DNA from: Octopus vulgaris
Lineage: Eukaryota
Assembly: GCA_951406725.2 (NCBI GenBank)
Contig: OX597823.1
Coordinates: 107,570,001-107,634,000, forward strand
Direction: 5' to 3'
Length of the DNA stretch: 64,000 nucleotides
Shown piece after piece: positions 1-11,375 of the stretch. The notes under the pieces are model-generated. The model had not been told where the DNA came from, searched no databases, and saw only the letters and a program-made list of their open reading frames with translations. A program made the position numbers and the translations under genes. Position 1 is the stretch's first letter. Each line of letters starts with the position of its first letter.

Positions 1-366
1 TTCTGTATTGCAAGTCCTTCCTACTTCTAAATGAAAACAACATTAATATAGGAGGAAGCAGTCATAGTAGCAGAACTGGAAGATGAAATAGAGGAATAAT
101 TTTAGGAGGCAAAGGTGGAGGAAGTGAATCATTAACTGATATTACATGCGGGGGGGGGGGGGGTAGTAACAGGAGACAGAGCATATATGTACACATACAC
201 ACATCTATATACATACACAGACATACATCATCATTTAATGTCCGTTTTTTATAAATATATATATATTCAAATATATACATACACACACATACCCACACAT
301 TTGCTAAAATAGATCTTACAAGAACAATAATATTCTATCTGTAAAGAATTTTTTTTAAAAACTCGC

Positions 367-548
367 ATAGGTGCAAAAGTAGCTGTGTGGTAAAAGGCTT
401 GCTTCCCAACCACATGGTTCCGGGTACAGTCCCACTGCATGGCAACTTGGGCAAGTGTCTTCTACAATAGCCTTGGGCTGACCAAAGCCTTGTGAGTGGA
501 TTTGGTAGACAGAAACTGAAAGAAGCCTGTTGTATGTGTATATATATA

Positions 549-579
<31 letters not shown>

Positions 580-780
580 TTGTGTCTGTGTTTGTTCCAC
601 CACAGTTGTTTGGCAACCAATGTAGGTGTGTTTACGTCCCTGTAGCTTCAGCAAAAGAGACCGTAAGTACTACTACGCTTACAAACAATAAGTCCTGGGG
701 TTGATTTGTTCGACTAAAGGTGGTACTCCAGCATGGCTGCAGTCAAATGACTGAAACAAGTAAAAGAATAAAAGAATAGG
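367..780 (+). mobile_element. Full-length tRNA-derived CORE-type SINE (family A head with CR1/L2-type tail)
   Basis: tRNA-like head (gctgtgtggtaa...ggtacagtccc) and CORE-like cttgggcaagtgtctt. An internal (TG/TA)n spacer is followed by a tail ending ggtactccagcatggctgcagtcaaatgactgaaacaagtaaaagaataaaagaata. Near-identical copies at 52665-53012 and 58847-59225. Confidence 0.9.
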
Positions 781-1466
781 TATGTATATCTGACCGTATA
801 TGTGTGTACATTTGGGCTAAAGAATCAGAAGTGACATACTATCCAATAGTGTGCATGTGTAGTAAATGTGTATTTGTGAGTATGCAAAATGCATAACAGG
901 AAAGGATACTCAGAGCTGGAACATTTTTTTTCTCTTGATGATATTTGAACAACATCAAATACTTGGAGAGTGGTACTTATGTCACACAAGTACTTGCCAC
1001 TGTTAAATATATTGTGTTGGTACGTTTTTCTCTCTGCAAAAATACTGGAACCACAATTAGGACTATCATATACATCTGCAACAATGAAATGCTACTACTA
1101 AAAACAGTTAGCTGGTTTCATTATGAGATTGCATTTAGAAGGTGAAGCCTTGGTTTTGCCATACTGGTGTAAATTTTCATCATTAAAACTCATGAAAAGG
1201 ATGTACAATGACTTAAAAGACAAAGGGAGCATAAAAGTTGAACAGGCATATAGTTCCTCGTATGGTGTTGACGATAACGTTCATGTGTGTTTATTTACAC
1301 AAACACATCAAGAGAAGAGAAGCTGAAGCTTGCAGATGAAGAAAAGCATAACTGATAAAACTGCACCAGAATAAGATTAGCACAGAACTATCACTGCACT
1401 ATCAACAAGACTGAAGCAAGACTAATTTCCTCTAAAATGCACACATGCACACAGGTATATAGTTGG

Positions 1467-1810
1467 TGCAGGCATGAGGCTGTATGATAATGAAGATCAC
1501 CTCCAAAACATATGGCCTTGAGTTCAGTCTGTGTACCTCCTTGGGCAAGTGTCTTCCACTATAATCTTGAGACAAACAATGCTTTGTGAAAGGATTTGGT
1601 AAACAGAAACTGAAAGAGATCCATTATGTATATATGTATCATATTGCAAGCTTCTGTGTTTACTTTGCTTCTCTGGCAAGTGGTTGTCTGTCGGCTTTGA
1701 GGCATCAATGAAATGTGGAATGAGATCCCTTACTTGAAAGGTAGGTAAAGATTATTTACAAGAAGAGTAACTGGCTACAAAACAATACCTTATAATCATT
1801 TGTCTAAACC
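1467..1810 (+). mobile_element. Degenerate family A SINE with RTE-type tail
   Basis: ccttgggcaagtgtcttccactata...gatttggtaaacagaaactgaaaga, followed by a decayed tail resembling 4030-4245. Confidence 0.7.
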
Positions 1811-2110
1811 AGAGCCTGAAGAGAAAAGATTAGGCATAATGTTTAGTGCAGAAGTGAAGAAGTTAGGCACATCAAGACTGATGTGAAGAGGAAAGATGAG
1901 GGTGTCATACCTTTACTATTCAGGAGATGCCTGAATGGTAAATGTATAGGACCAGCCAGTTCTAAAGAATAGAGGCCATTATAGAGGTAGAGAGGAGACA
2001 GCGGGTGTGTAGGCCAGAGATTGAAGGGTGTCTGTTAATGATTTAACACCAATTAATTGAATCACTCTGCTGGATGCAGTTCAAACTGTGTGCATAGTAA
2101 CAACATGGTC
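1810..2110 (-). mobile_element. CR1/L2/Jockey-group LINE ORF2 C-terminal remnant
   Basis: Minus strand with frameshifts reads LNCIQQ-VIQLIGVKSLTDTLQSLA...AVSSL...YNGLYSLELAG. This matches the LDRIQ.RA.RLI...LQPL..RR.V.SL...YY.G.C..EL pattern of these LINEs. Confidence 0.6.
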
Positions 2111-2641
2111 TCTCACTGTAATAAAAATTCTTTGTAACATATGACTCTTTCTATAAGGAAAATGAATGTAATTACTGAGTTCAATCCTCAGTATATTATT
2201 GACACTTATTTTACTAACCAAGGAATGGTAAAAGACAAAACTCAGTTGGATAATGAACACATAAACAAGAAGCCCTAAGTAGACACTGTCATGTATATTT
2301 CCCTATTCTACCAAAGTAGCAACACCTCAAAAGTTCCAACAACAATTATGTAAACATCAATCTTAAATTCATAACAAAAGTGTAGAACCTGAGGAAGTCA
2401 GTGATGTTTTGTAACAATAAAAATTAGACTAAATTTTATGGTCAGAAGAGGAAGAGAAGAAATCTAACATTTTGACAAAAAAATTTTACAGCTAACAGTT
2501 TTTGTTGGTGAAAGTATATATTTTACTTTACAATCGATAACAACTCGGATAAGCTGTGTTATGTTCAGCTATTACAGTAGCATACATTATACACAGGACT
2601 AAAGATTAAAAGATTTAAAAGAATTTTCAATAAAACATTAC

Positions 2642-2659
2642 CATTTTTAGCATAAGCAC
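2642..2659 (-). CDS. Candidate 18-nt microexon (phase 1-1, GAYAKN) of the minus-strand host gene
   Basis: tgtattcttcag|GTGCTTATGCTAAAAATG|gtaatg; length is a multiple of 3 and it is open in phases 0 and 1; branch-like cttaat upstream; unique non-repeat flanks. Confidence 0.45.
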
Positions 2660-3844
2660 CTGAAGAATACATGACTGATATGACTGATTAAGTAATTATC
2701 ATAGTGACACATAAATAATAAGAGCAAAAAGATAACATTTCCAAAAAAAGATAATATTGATTTAATAATAGAGAACTGGATATTTATAATAGTGATAAAT
2801 AACATGCAAAATAATGTATGCTAATGTACAGGTGTGTGTATGTATGTGGTGTATCATGTGTCAGATGCAGAAGTGCTCTCTATCTCTCTTTCTCCTCACT
2901 TTTTTTCTCAAACACATCTATGCCTCTACATACACATTTGACTCCTAGTTCTGCTTATTCTGAAGCAGTAAGAAATGAATCTTACAACAGAATCTCAGAA
3001 ATATGTTATAAGAAAAATACACAAATAACAGCATCTATTTAAATGAATTTCAAAATGATTTAATTTAATCTCAACTTCTGAAACAAGATTTTTCAAAACC
3101 AGCAGCAATTCAAATCAGCCTGAAAATATATTTATGTGAAATGAACTAACAAAAACTTTAAAAAAAATTTTTTTTTATAGGAAAAAAGTTAGTATATGTA
3201 GATTTTTTAATGAAAAAAGTACACATAAACATTCACACAAATGTTTACGTGAATTTTGAAATCTATATAAGAGTACAAGCTTTGTACTAATTAATACACA
3301 ATTGTATACAATGTTGGTTGCTATCAATATTTAATTTACAGTTCTACAATGGAATAAGTACATTAAAAGTAGAATCAAGAATTGGATTTATGAACAATGT
3401 ACTATGACAAAGATAGGCAGTATTTATTAAGAATTTGAATTTTAAAAACAAAATCTTAGATAATTTGCTTTCTAAATACAGACATAGTATTTAGAAATAT
3501 TTTCTAACTTAGTTTAACATATATACCAACTGAAATATTTTTGTTTTTACTTGCATGTATATTCCCACATAACTTATGTGGCTGATATATATGTATATAT
3601 ACATACAGGCTGTGAAATTTGATTATTAGAAATGTGGTTTCATGTTCAGCCTCTAAGTAAGGTACCTTGGGGAAAGTGTGGGCAAGTGTCTTCTATTATA
3701 TTCCCAGGCTAACTATACTTTGCATAGGAATCCAATGTAACTTCAAGACGCCTGTCATATACCTATTTATATACACACACAAATGGAAATGGGTGTTAAA
3801 TGGTCATGATGATAATTCATCTATCCACCTATCTTTATAGACAT

Positions 3845-4245
3845 GCAAAATTTGTAAAAAGTTTGCTTTCCAAACATATGACTTTGGGTTCACATACACT
3901 GCAAGGCACCTTAAGCATATAAGCTTCTATATGGCCCTAGGCCAAATAAAACCTTGTGAGATGGTCTGATACATGGAAACTAAAAGAAGTCCAGCATTTA
4001 CAAATACAGATGTGTGTGTGCACATGTATGTGGCTGATATCTGTAAACAAGTATCACCACCTTACAAGCAGTGCATTGCATGTACTTCCACTTCTCCATG
4101 ATACATATCGAGCCATATGGAAATTTAACCTTACTGGAAAACAGGTGAGAGTTACTAATGAAAGGAGGGATCTATCCACAGAAAATCTACCTTGACACCT
4201 TCCATCTGCCCTATGCAAGTATGGAAAAGAAGGCGTCAAAACAAT
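3845..4245 (+). mobile_element. Family A SINE head with RTE-type tail
   Basis: Head ggcaccttaagca...ggaaactaaaagaag. The tail ends ccatctgccctatgcaagtatggaaaagaaggcgtcaaaacaatg, like the RTE 3' end at 42735-42785. Confidence 0.75.
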
Positions 4246-4339
4246 GGTATATGGATACAAGCATGCATATATATATGTGTGTGTGTGCGTGTGTGTACCT
4301 AATATTACTGTAAAATTTGTGCAAAGACTGGGAAAGTTA

Positions 4340-4610
4340 AGTACCACTTGGACCCCCTCCCTAAAATCACTGGATCACCTTATAAGCAAACATTTATGGT
4401 GCATTTTGAGGCAGCAAGTGAAAAAGCCCTTCCATAAGCCATCGTTGCTGAAAGAGCTGAAGCAGGTTTTATTCAAAGAATAGCTTAAAATTCCCCTAAC
4501 AATTAAGAACCTGTACAAGTCAATTCCTCAACATATTAAAGCTGTGATTGATGCAAAAAGTAAACCAACTTCATATCAGTCAATAAAACTCCCATTTTGT
4601 TCAACCTTTG
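4340..4610 (+). mobile_element. Tc1-like (DD34E-type) transposase C-terminal remnant
   Basis: WTPSLKSLDHLISKHLWCILRQQV...LKELKQVLFKE*LKIP...IKNLYKSIPQHIKAVIDAK is a decayed form of WP..SPDLN.IE.LW...W..IP......S.P.R..AVI.AKG. Confidence 0.85.
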
Positions 4611-5049
4611 TATATACACATGCGTACATATGCACGTATGTATGTGCACATATATAAATATACACAAATGCACACACACACATATATACATGTACATATG
4701 TATCAGATATGTATGTACATATATAAACATACATATTTATTCTTAAAAATAAATTTTCTAAATTTCATTAACAAATAGGATTATATTTGAAAAGAGAACA
4801 AACAATACAAGGAGAATCATGCTCCTCCCTCATATTGGGAACAAAAAGCCACATATGTGGAAAACCAGCTTAAAAAGAAATCTCTTTTCAGTTGAATGTC
4901 AAAAGAAATGAAAATAGATATAGCTTCTTTGTACTAAAAAGGTGACCTTTAGGATAAGAGAACTTTTCAAAACAATCAAATATATAAATGAAGAAATTAT
5001 TTACTGATAGAGGTTGGAAATATTCTTGGGTTTTCATTACTTGATAGTA

Positions 5050-5680
5050 GTGAAATGCAAAACTGAAGGGGAAAAAATCTAAATACCTTGACATGAATCA
5101 CAAAATAACAGAAATATACATCAACTATTGTCCACCATTATGGACAACACCTACTTCTCTAGTAGAGAGATGTTTGTTCACTACAATTCAGCCCTTTCAC
5201 TCGATGGCAAAATAGGATATACCAAAAATGAACTTACACGCATCCAGAGCAAGTGCAGTAGGACAGAGGATGAGGTGACCCACACCACACATTTCCCAGA
5301 ATTATTGAAAACCAACGGGTACCCTATATCCGTTGTGAATCAGCTTAAGTACCTGAGACAACAAACTCACCAAACACAGAAAACCCAGCAGCAACACGTG
5401 CTTCCTTAAAATACCCTATTTTAGCAAGAGGATAACTACAGTCATCCTAAGACCATAAGAAGAGAAGGATTAGACATACAACCAGCACACTCTGGTCCCT
5501 CCCTGAGAAGACACCTAGCAAAGAAACGAACAAGGGACAGCAATCAATGCTCACTAGCTAACTGCCCCATCTGTGATACAGATTTATGCCAACAGGTAAA
5601 TGTTGTATATAGAATCCAATCTAACTAATGCAACAATTTCTATGTGGGTAGCACAACAAGACCATTAAACATGGCTAGTT
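5050..5680 (+). mobile_element. Penelope-like element remnant (RT thumb, linker and GIY-YIG endonuclease)
   Basis: FVHYNSAL...KNELTRIQSKCS...LLKTNGYP, then after frameshifts LKIPYFS...CSLANCPICDTDLCQQVNVVYRIQSN*CNNFYVGSTTRPL (VVY..YVG.T.R GIY-YIG signature). Confidence 0.9.
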
Positions 5681-5879
5681 ACATTTAATGATAACAATAG
5701 TTTCAAATTTGGGTACAAGGCCACCAATTCGAAGAGGAGTGGTTTGTGGATACCACTGACTCCAAAACATAACTGGTACTTAGCAGGGAGAAATACTACA
5801 AAGCAATTTTGTATGATGCTATGATGATGAAAGATATTTATTGGCCATAATGGCTCAAGACGCTGACATCACAAAAGAG

Positions 5880-6680
5880 AAATACAAAACATTGGGACCA
5901 TTGAGTAAAAAGAAGATAACAGCAGCAGCAGATAACTAAAATTATCAAGGAAAAGAGTCACAAACAGAAGGCACAAAAAAACCACATAGGGTCATTCAAG
6001 AAACTTTTATAGATCCAGGATTACTCTGACTACCAAAGATAATTTTCTTTTTTCATAGCTGAACATCCCAACCTATTTGCAAATGCTTACTTTTCACTTT
6101 TCTCACCCTCATTTCAACAAATTTACTTAAGAACTTAGACAAAGAAGAAGTGTCTGCCTGCAGTCCTTTCAACCATCTTCATTATACCTCTTTCATAAAA
6201 CAGGAAAACAATGTCTTTCCTGGTCAAAGGAAGACACTGGTGATATTGTCACACTAGACCTGACTTAATAGCTGAATCCATTCTACAAGGGACAACATCT
6301 TTTCAGCTTAACTCTGCAATGCTTCGGTACTAAATGAGTGTATATAGAATAGTTTTTCCACAGTGCACCGGCTGACAGCACTTCTGTGCCTATGTGCACC
6401 TGTAGCTGTGCCACGTCAGGTACTTCTGGAAGATATATTTGGTTTGTTCTTGTTAATTTTCAGAGTTTCCTTGAGAGTGGTAACATTCTACCACCACCCT
6501 AATCTTTAGAAAGCTGATGTAAGAGTTCTGCAGAGACAATATTGTCGACTTGTAAGGAATTTGTAAGCACTTGATAACATTCCAGATGCTAGGCACCCAT
6601 TTTTGACACTCATATCTAACAGCCAAATATGTGAAGGTTGGGAAGAAATAATAAATTACAATATTTCTGGTTGCTCATCC
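5880..6680 (-). mobile_element. L1-clade Tx1-like LINE ORF2 C-terminal remnant
   Basis: Fragmented minus-strand translation gives GA*HLECYQVL, ETLKINKNK, FQKYLTWH, SAVSR, TILYTLI*YRSIAEL and MRVRK...FANR, in the order expected for the Tx1 post-RT and zinc-knuckle region. Confidence 0.65.
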
Positions 6681-7204
6681 TGGCCAAGAAAGTGTACATT
6701 TCAGATATGACAGAGGTGATATAAACATACATGAGAAAAGAGTCTCAAAGCTTGATGAAGTGACTATACTTTGGCATATGTCAATAGACACAATCAGTTT
6801 AAATGGGTGGATATTTGACCAAAAAAAAAAGCCAAAGACAATGGACATGCTTCCCAATCAAATTATTGGTTTTAACATGCAATAATGTATCTCAAAAGGA
6901 AGTGGAAAAATTATCCAAATATATAAACTGGAAATAGAGATAACCAAAGTGTGGGTACTGAAGCCAATCCCTAACAAAAGGTGCATTAGGAAAGATTAAA
7001 AATAAATACAACTTACACAGTTACACTGGCTAGTACAGGGAAAGCATAAATTAAAAATGAAAGTACTGGATAATGATGATGATGAACACAGAACATAAAG
7101 ATGGACAAAATGCTGTTTAACATCTTGTCCGGCATGCTAATGATTGTGCTAGCTCGCTACATTATAATAATAATAATAATAATGATGATGATAATAATAA
7201 TAAT

Positions 7205-7418
7205 CTTTTCTATTATAGGCACAAGGCCTGAAGTTTTGGGGAGAGGGGACTAGTTGATAACGGCAACCTTAGAATTTCACTGGTACTTAATTTATCAACA
7301 CTGAAAGGGTGAAAGACAAAGTTGACCTTGGCAGAATCTGAACTCAGAATGTAGTGACGGGTGAAATACTGCTACATATTTCACCCAGCATGCTAATGAC
7401 TCTGCCAGCTCACCGCCA
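7205..7418 (-). mobile_element. tRNA-derived SINE family B (Meta-domain-like centre), in an (AAT)n tract
   Basis: Minus strand ggcggtgagctggcagagtcattagcatg...gttcagattctgccaaggtcaactttgtctttcaccc...taaattaagtaccag...caggccttgtgcctataatagaaa. A partial second head lies at 7086-7165. Confidence 0.85.
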
Positions 7419-7499
7419 TAATGATAATAATAATAATAATAATGATAATAATGATAATTACAATAATAATAATAATAATCATGATAATGATGAAAGAAT

Positions 7500-7740
7500 A
7501 GTAATAAAAAAACACTAGAATGACAAAGTCTGCTCTTTGATAGATATTTCGTTCCCTTCCGACCATAACCTTGCCTAGAAAGAGACAGAAAAAATGCTAA
7601 TGTACAAGGATCTTGTGAAAACTGCCTAAAGTTGGAGCACAAAGTATGCTTTTAACAAAAATATTAACAAAAATGTAGAAATTATACCCTGGGCTGAAAA
7701 GCCTTATACACAGTCTAAAATATAATCCTAAGATCAGTAA
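7500..7740 (+). mobile_element. R4/Dong-like non-LTR retrotransposon, restriction-like endonuclease remnant
   Basis: KVCSLIDISFPSDHNLA*KETEKMLMYKDL matches the C.LID...P.D.N...KE.EK..KY.DL RLE motif. Confidence 0.8.
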
Positions 7741-8756
7741 GGGTTTTATGGAAGACAATTCAACAGTGAAATTCAAAGTATGATGTCTGCAAACAATGCA
7801 TAACTTTATTCAATCATATAAAACAGCACAATTTAAACAACACATACTCATCAACAAACAGTATAACACAACACACTGTAAATACTCTACATTATCACCA
7901 TCTGGCACAGAAACACATACAAAACACGAATACCACCAAGCACATCTCACACAGATAAAATACTAAAATAACACAAACTAAAAGCAATAGGAAAGCAACT
8001 CCCACACAATTCTATATCCTCAAAAAGATAGAATACTGCACCTATCTCAGGAACATGTAAGTGCCTATGATGCTGCAGTAGAAGTACATATAAAATTGTT
8101 GAAAACACGAACAACAGTAACAATAATTTCTTCTTTAATAGTAGTAGGCTAAGCATAATTTAAGATCAGATGAGGACTACAGCAAAAATGTTTTGTGTAA
8201 GTTCACATAACCCACAAATATATTTGCCTGAGGCTTCCTAATCTGTTATATTTAATTTGGTAATTAAGATTAGGTGATGATCAATAAAATGTTTCTTATT
8301 GATTAATAACAGAAAATTAATTAATTTTAGACAAAAACCACTAGTGACATTTCATAATTCTGCAAAATAAAAATCTGAAAAATATATATCCATACAAATA
8401 CCTACATAGATACACAACACACAAACATCTAAATGTTTACAAATATGATTTCTAATTGTTCCATTTTATGAAACAAAAATATTAAAACAATCTGTTAAAC
8501 CATGCTTCTCAGTATCTACTGATAATAACTAGAAAGGGTGGGCAGTTATCTAAATATAACCAAATGAAAACACAATCACTAAGAAACTTATTTTCTGAAA
8601 AAAGACAATACATAACATTTAAACTATTTAGGAGGTAAGCTTTTTTTTTTAAAAAAAAAAAGAAAGAAAATGAAAAAGCCAGAGAGCTCATTTGTAAAAC
8701 TGAGAAAAGGCACGCCGCTGTGCATATGTAAAAATAAGTAAAAAGAATATTCATAC

Positions 8757-8783
8757 CATATGCACAATGCATTTTACAATCAG
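8757..8783 (-). CDS. Candidate 27-nt microexon (phase 1-1, ADCKMHCAY)
   Basis: attaaattttatag|CTGATTGTAAAATGCATTGTGCATATG|gtatga; multiple of 3, open in phases 0 and 1. Confidence 0.4.
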
Positions 8784-9671
8784 CTATAAAATTTAATAAT
8801 ATTAAACATATTTCAGTATTAATAATTAAGTTTAGAATAAATGATTGAATTTGCTTTAAATAAATATTTATTTATTTAGTTTGAGCAGAAATTTATTCTT
8901 AGTCACAGGCTAACTTTTGGAAAAAATTTATTGGTCCGTGTCTCGTTTTCAATAATAATGAAAAAGTCAACTTGGCAAAATTTGAAGTCAAGAAGGTAAA
9001 ATTTTTAATATACCTTTACTGACTTATCCTGCTCTCATGCTCTATCGTTCTAAAAAAAACATATCAAAATATGTGGGCTTAAAAGAAGTCTATCTCAATA
9101 AATGCTCACAGAGAGGGGATAGGAGAATAAATAGAGAGGTGGGGAGACCCTCATGAAAACTTATCACAGATATTAATTATAGAGTGAAGGATTTGTATAT
9201 CTCTAGACCCCACCACCATCACCAGGGAGTCAGAGCAAGCCTACAATGTCTGACATGTATAATATAATAACTAAATAAAAATCAAGATCCACGTGGAAAC
9301 ATTTTCTGAAGTAGAGCTAAAATATATAACCACAATACTTTAATCTATGTAAGTAGATTCTTCTTTGAAGTTCAACTAGGAGAAACAGATATGGCCACAG
9401 GCAGGAAAAAAAGAAATAAGAAAGAGATATTGCATTTTTTTGTTGTTGTTGTTATTATTATTATTATTATTCATTTGTTCTTACAGGAGTAGAGTAGTTA
9501 TATTGCTATTTTCTATAAAAGGCAAAAGTGTGAAGGAAAAGCTAAAGAAAATGGGGAAAGAGCAAGAACAAAGAAACTGCACTGGCTTTGAAAATAAAGA
9601 TGGGGAAAGGTGAGAGGATGGGTGGTGAATGAAATATATACTTAGATTTTTTAAGAAGAGTCTGCATTCAC

Positions 9672-9713
9672 CATAAACTCTAATGCCTGCCATATTTGAG
9701 CTAACTCACTGAT
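9672..9713 (-). CDS. Candidate 42-nt exon carrying an ATG (9693), giving N-terminus MAGIRVY, phase-1 end
   Basis: Strong acceptor tttctctcttctcacatag|, in-frame TGA upstream of the ATG, Kozak-like aatATGG, donor TATG|gtgaat. Confidence 0.5.
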
Positions 9714-10386
9714 CTATGTGAGAAGAGAGAAATATATCAAATTTCTTTATTATTCTTTACAAGTTAAATAGTCAGTGACTGAGTAATAATAATAGTATGT
9801 ATGTATGTATGTATGTATGTATGTATGTATGCATGTATGTACGTACGTACGTATGTATAGAGAAAGAGAAATAAAGAGAGATACATAAGCATCTCTAATT
9901 TCTTTTGGAAAATCATACAAACCACAAAAGTACAAAGACACATGTATTCACTAATACTGCTCACATCATACATCATTAGATAGAGTCACAAAGATTTTTA
10001 ACAAAATTCTAACAGATCACTAATATATAAATAGTAAAGACATATTCTAAGGTGAGACAGAAGGAGGGAGAGAGGGAGAGCATGAGTGTCAGTAGGAACA
10101 TAGATTATTGGTGTGTTAAAGTGTTCTGCTTCATAGCTATAATGTATTACAGAACAACTTATAAATTTAGACAACACTCAGTGTTATGACAATTGTATAC
10201 TATGCATCTGTACAATACACTCATGGATTAAAAAAAGAAAACATCTGCATCCAGAGGGATGGAACTTTCATGAGCGACTTTTTACCCACTTATATTATTC
10301 ATGAACATACTGTTTACAAACACACTCAAACATACATATATACAATCGTAAACATATACATATATATATATATATATACACACATA

Positions 10387-10945
10387 CAGGGTGCAGTGAA
10401 TAAACTGTCATCTAAATTACTCGAAAATGAAAGTAACACTGACATCTCATTTTAACAAACATATTTACCAAAATTACAAGAAAATATCTTGAAATACTAA
10501 AGAATAAATTTATTCAATAAAATCGCCATTGGGCTTCAATCATGGACTCCAGACAACTTTGAAATCTTCTGCAACTCTTCGGGACAGTCTCCTTGTTTAA
10601 GTTGGTGAATGCTGCCATATTCCATGCCTTCAATTCATCTTTGGAGTTACCAAGAGTTTTGTTGGTCTCTTGCTCAACTGTGCCCCACACATAATAAAGC
10701 GGGTTGCAGTCTGGAGAGTTGAGTGACCAGATGTTAGGGATGATGAGGTTGCAAAAAAATGGCTGGGTTCTCCTGCTTGTGTAGCATGGTGCAGAGTCCT
10801 GTTGCCAGACATAGTATCTTCCAGTAGCCACCCTCTCGACCCAGGGCAGCACTACCTCCTCCAGGCACTTGATGTAAGCCTCCATGTTGAGTCTTAGGCT
10901 GTGTGGAAAGATGAGAAGCATAACATCGCCATCACTAGTGTGGGG
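10387..10945 (-). mobile_element. maT (DD37D, Bmmar1-like) Tc1/mariner transposon, 3' half with terminal repeat
   Basis: ORF 10514-10954: YIKCLEEVVLPW...YVWQQDSAPCYTS...NSPDCNPL-YYVWG...CRRFQSCLESMIEA. Terminus TA|CAGGGTG at 10385-10393. Homologous to 39510-40309. Confidence 0.9.
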
Positions 10946-11221
10946 ACACAGCAAGCCAATGGTTGTTCTGTGATCACCATCTGCTCTTAGCAGAAATTTC
11001 TCAGAAAAACCAAAGCATATTCAGTTGCAGGGGATGCTTCAGTTTCTTCAAAAGCTTTGTAGTGTGGTCTTTCCTCTTGTCCTTGATGGCTTGGGATAAA
11101 AAGTTCAGCATGCTGGTCTAGTTTTCAATCACTCTCTCTCCCTCTCTTATTACACCCACTGCCACCATCAACACTACTACTTATAATAAAACATCATCAA
11201 CTCTCACTAAATTTCTTTGTT

Positions 11222-11330
11222 TGCGGGTTCAGTCCTACTTCGTGGCACCTTGGGCAAATTTCTTCTATAGCCTCGGGCTGACCAAAGCCTTGAGTGTGAA
11301 TTTGGTAGAGGTCACTGAAAGAAGCCCATC

Positions 11331-11332
<2 letters not shown>
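11222..11332 (+). mobile_element. 5'-truncated family A SINE ending in (TA)n
   Basis: gggttcagtcc...gtggcaccttgggcaa...gcctcgggctgaccaaagcc...ctgaaagaagccc. Confidence 0.85.

Positions 11333-11375
<43 letters not shown>

Noticed and set aside
1123-1326. 67-aa ORF faintly resembling an RTE RT segment (MY...S.KV...YS..YGV...VH)
   Set aside because: Similarity too weak to call by eye; no catalytic motif or splice signals
7500-7600. Strong minus-strand acceptor ttttttctgtctctttctag at ~7575
   Set aside because: No convincing downstream donor; the sequence is explained as a plus-strand RLE retrotransposon remnant
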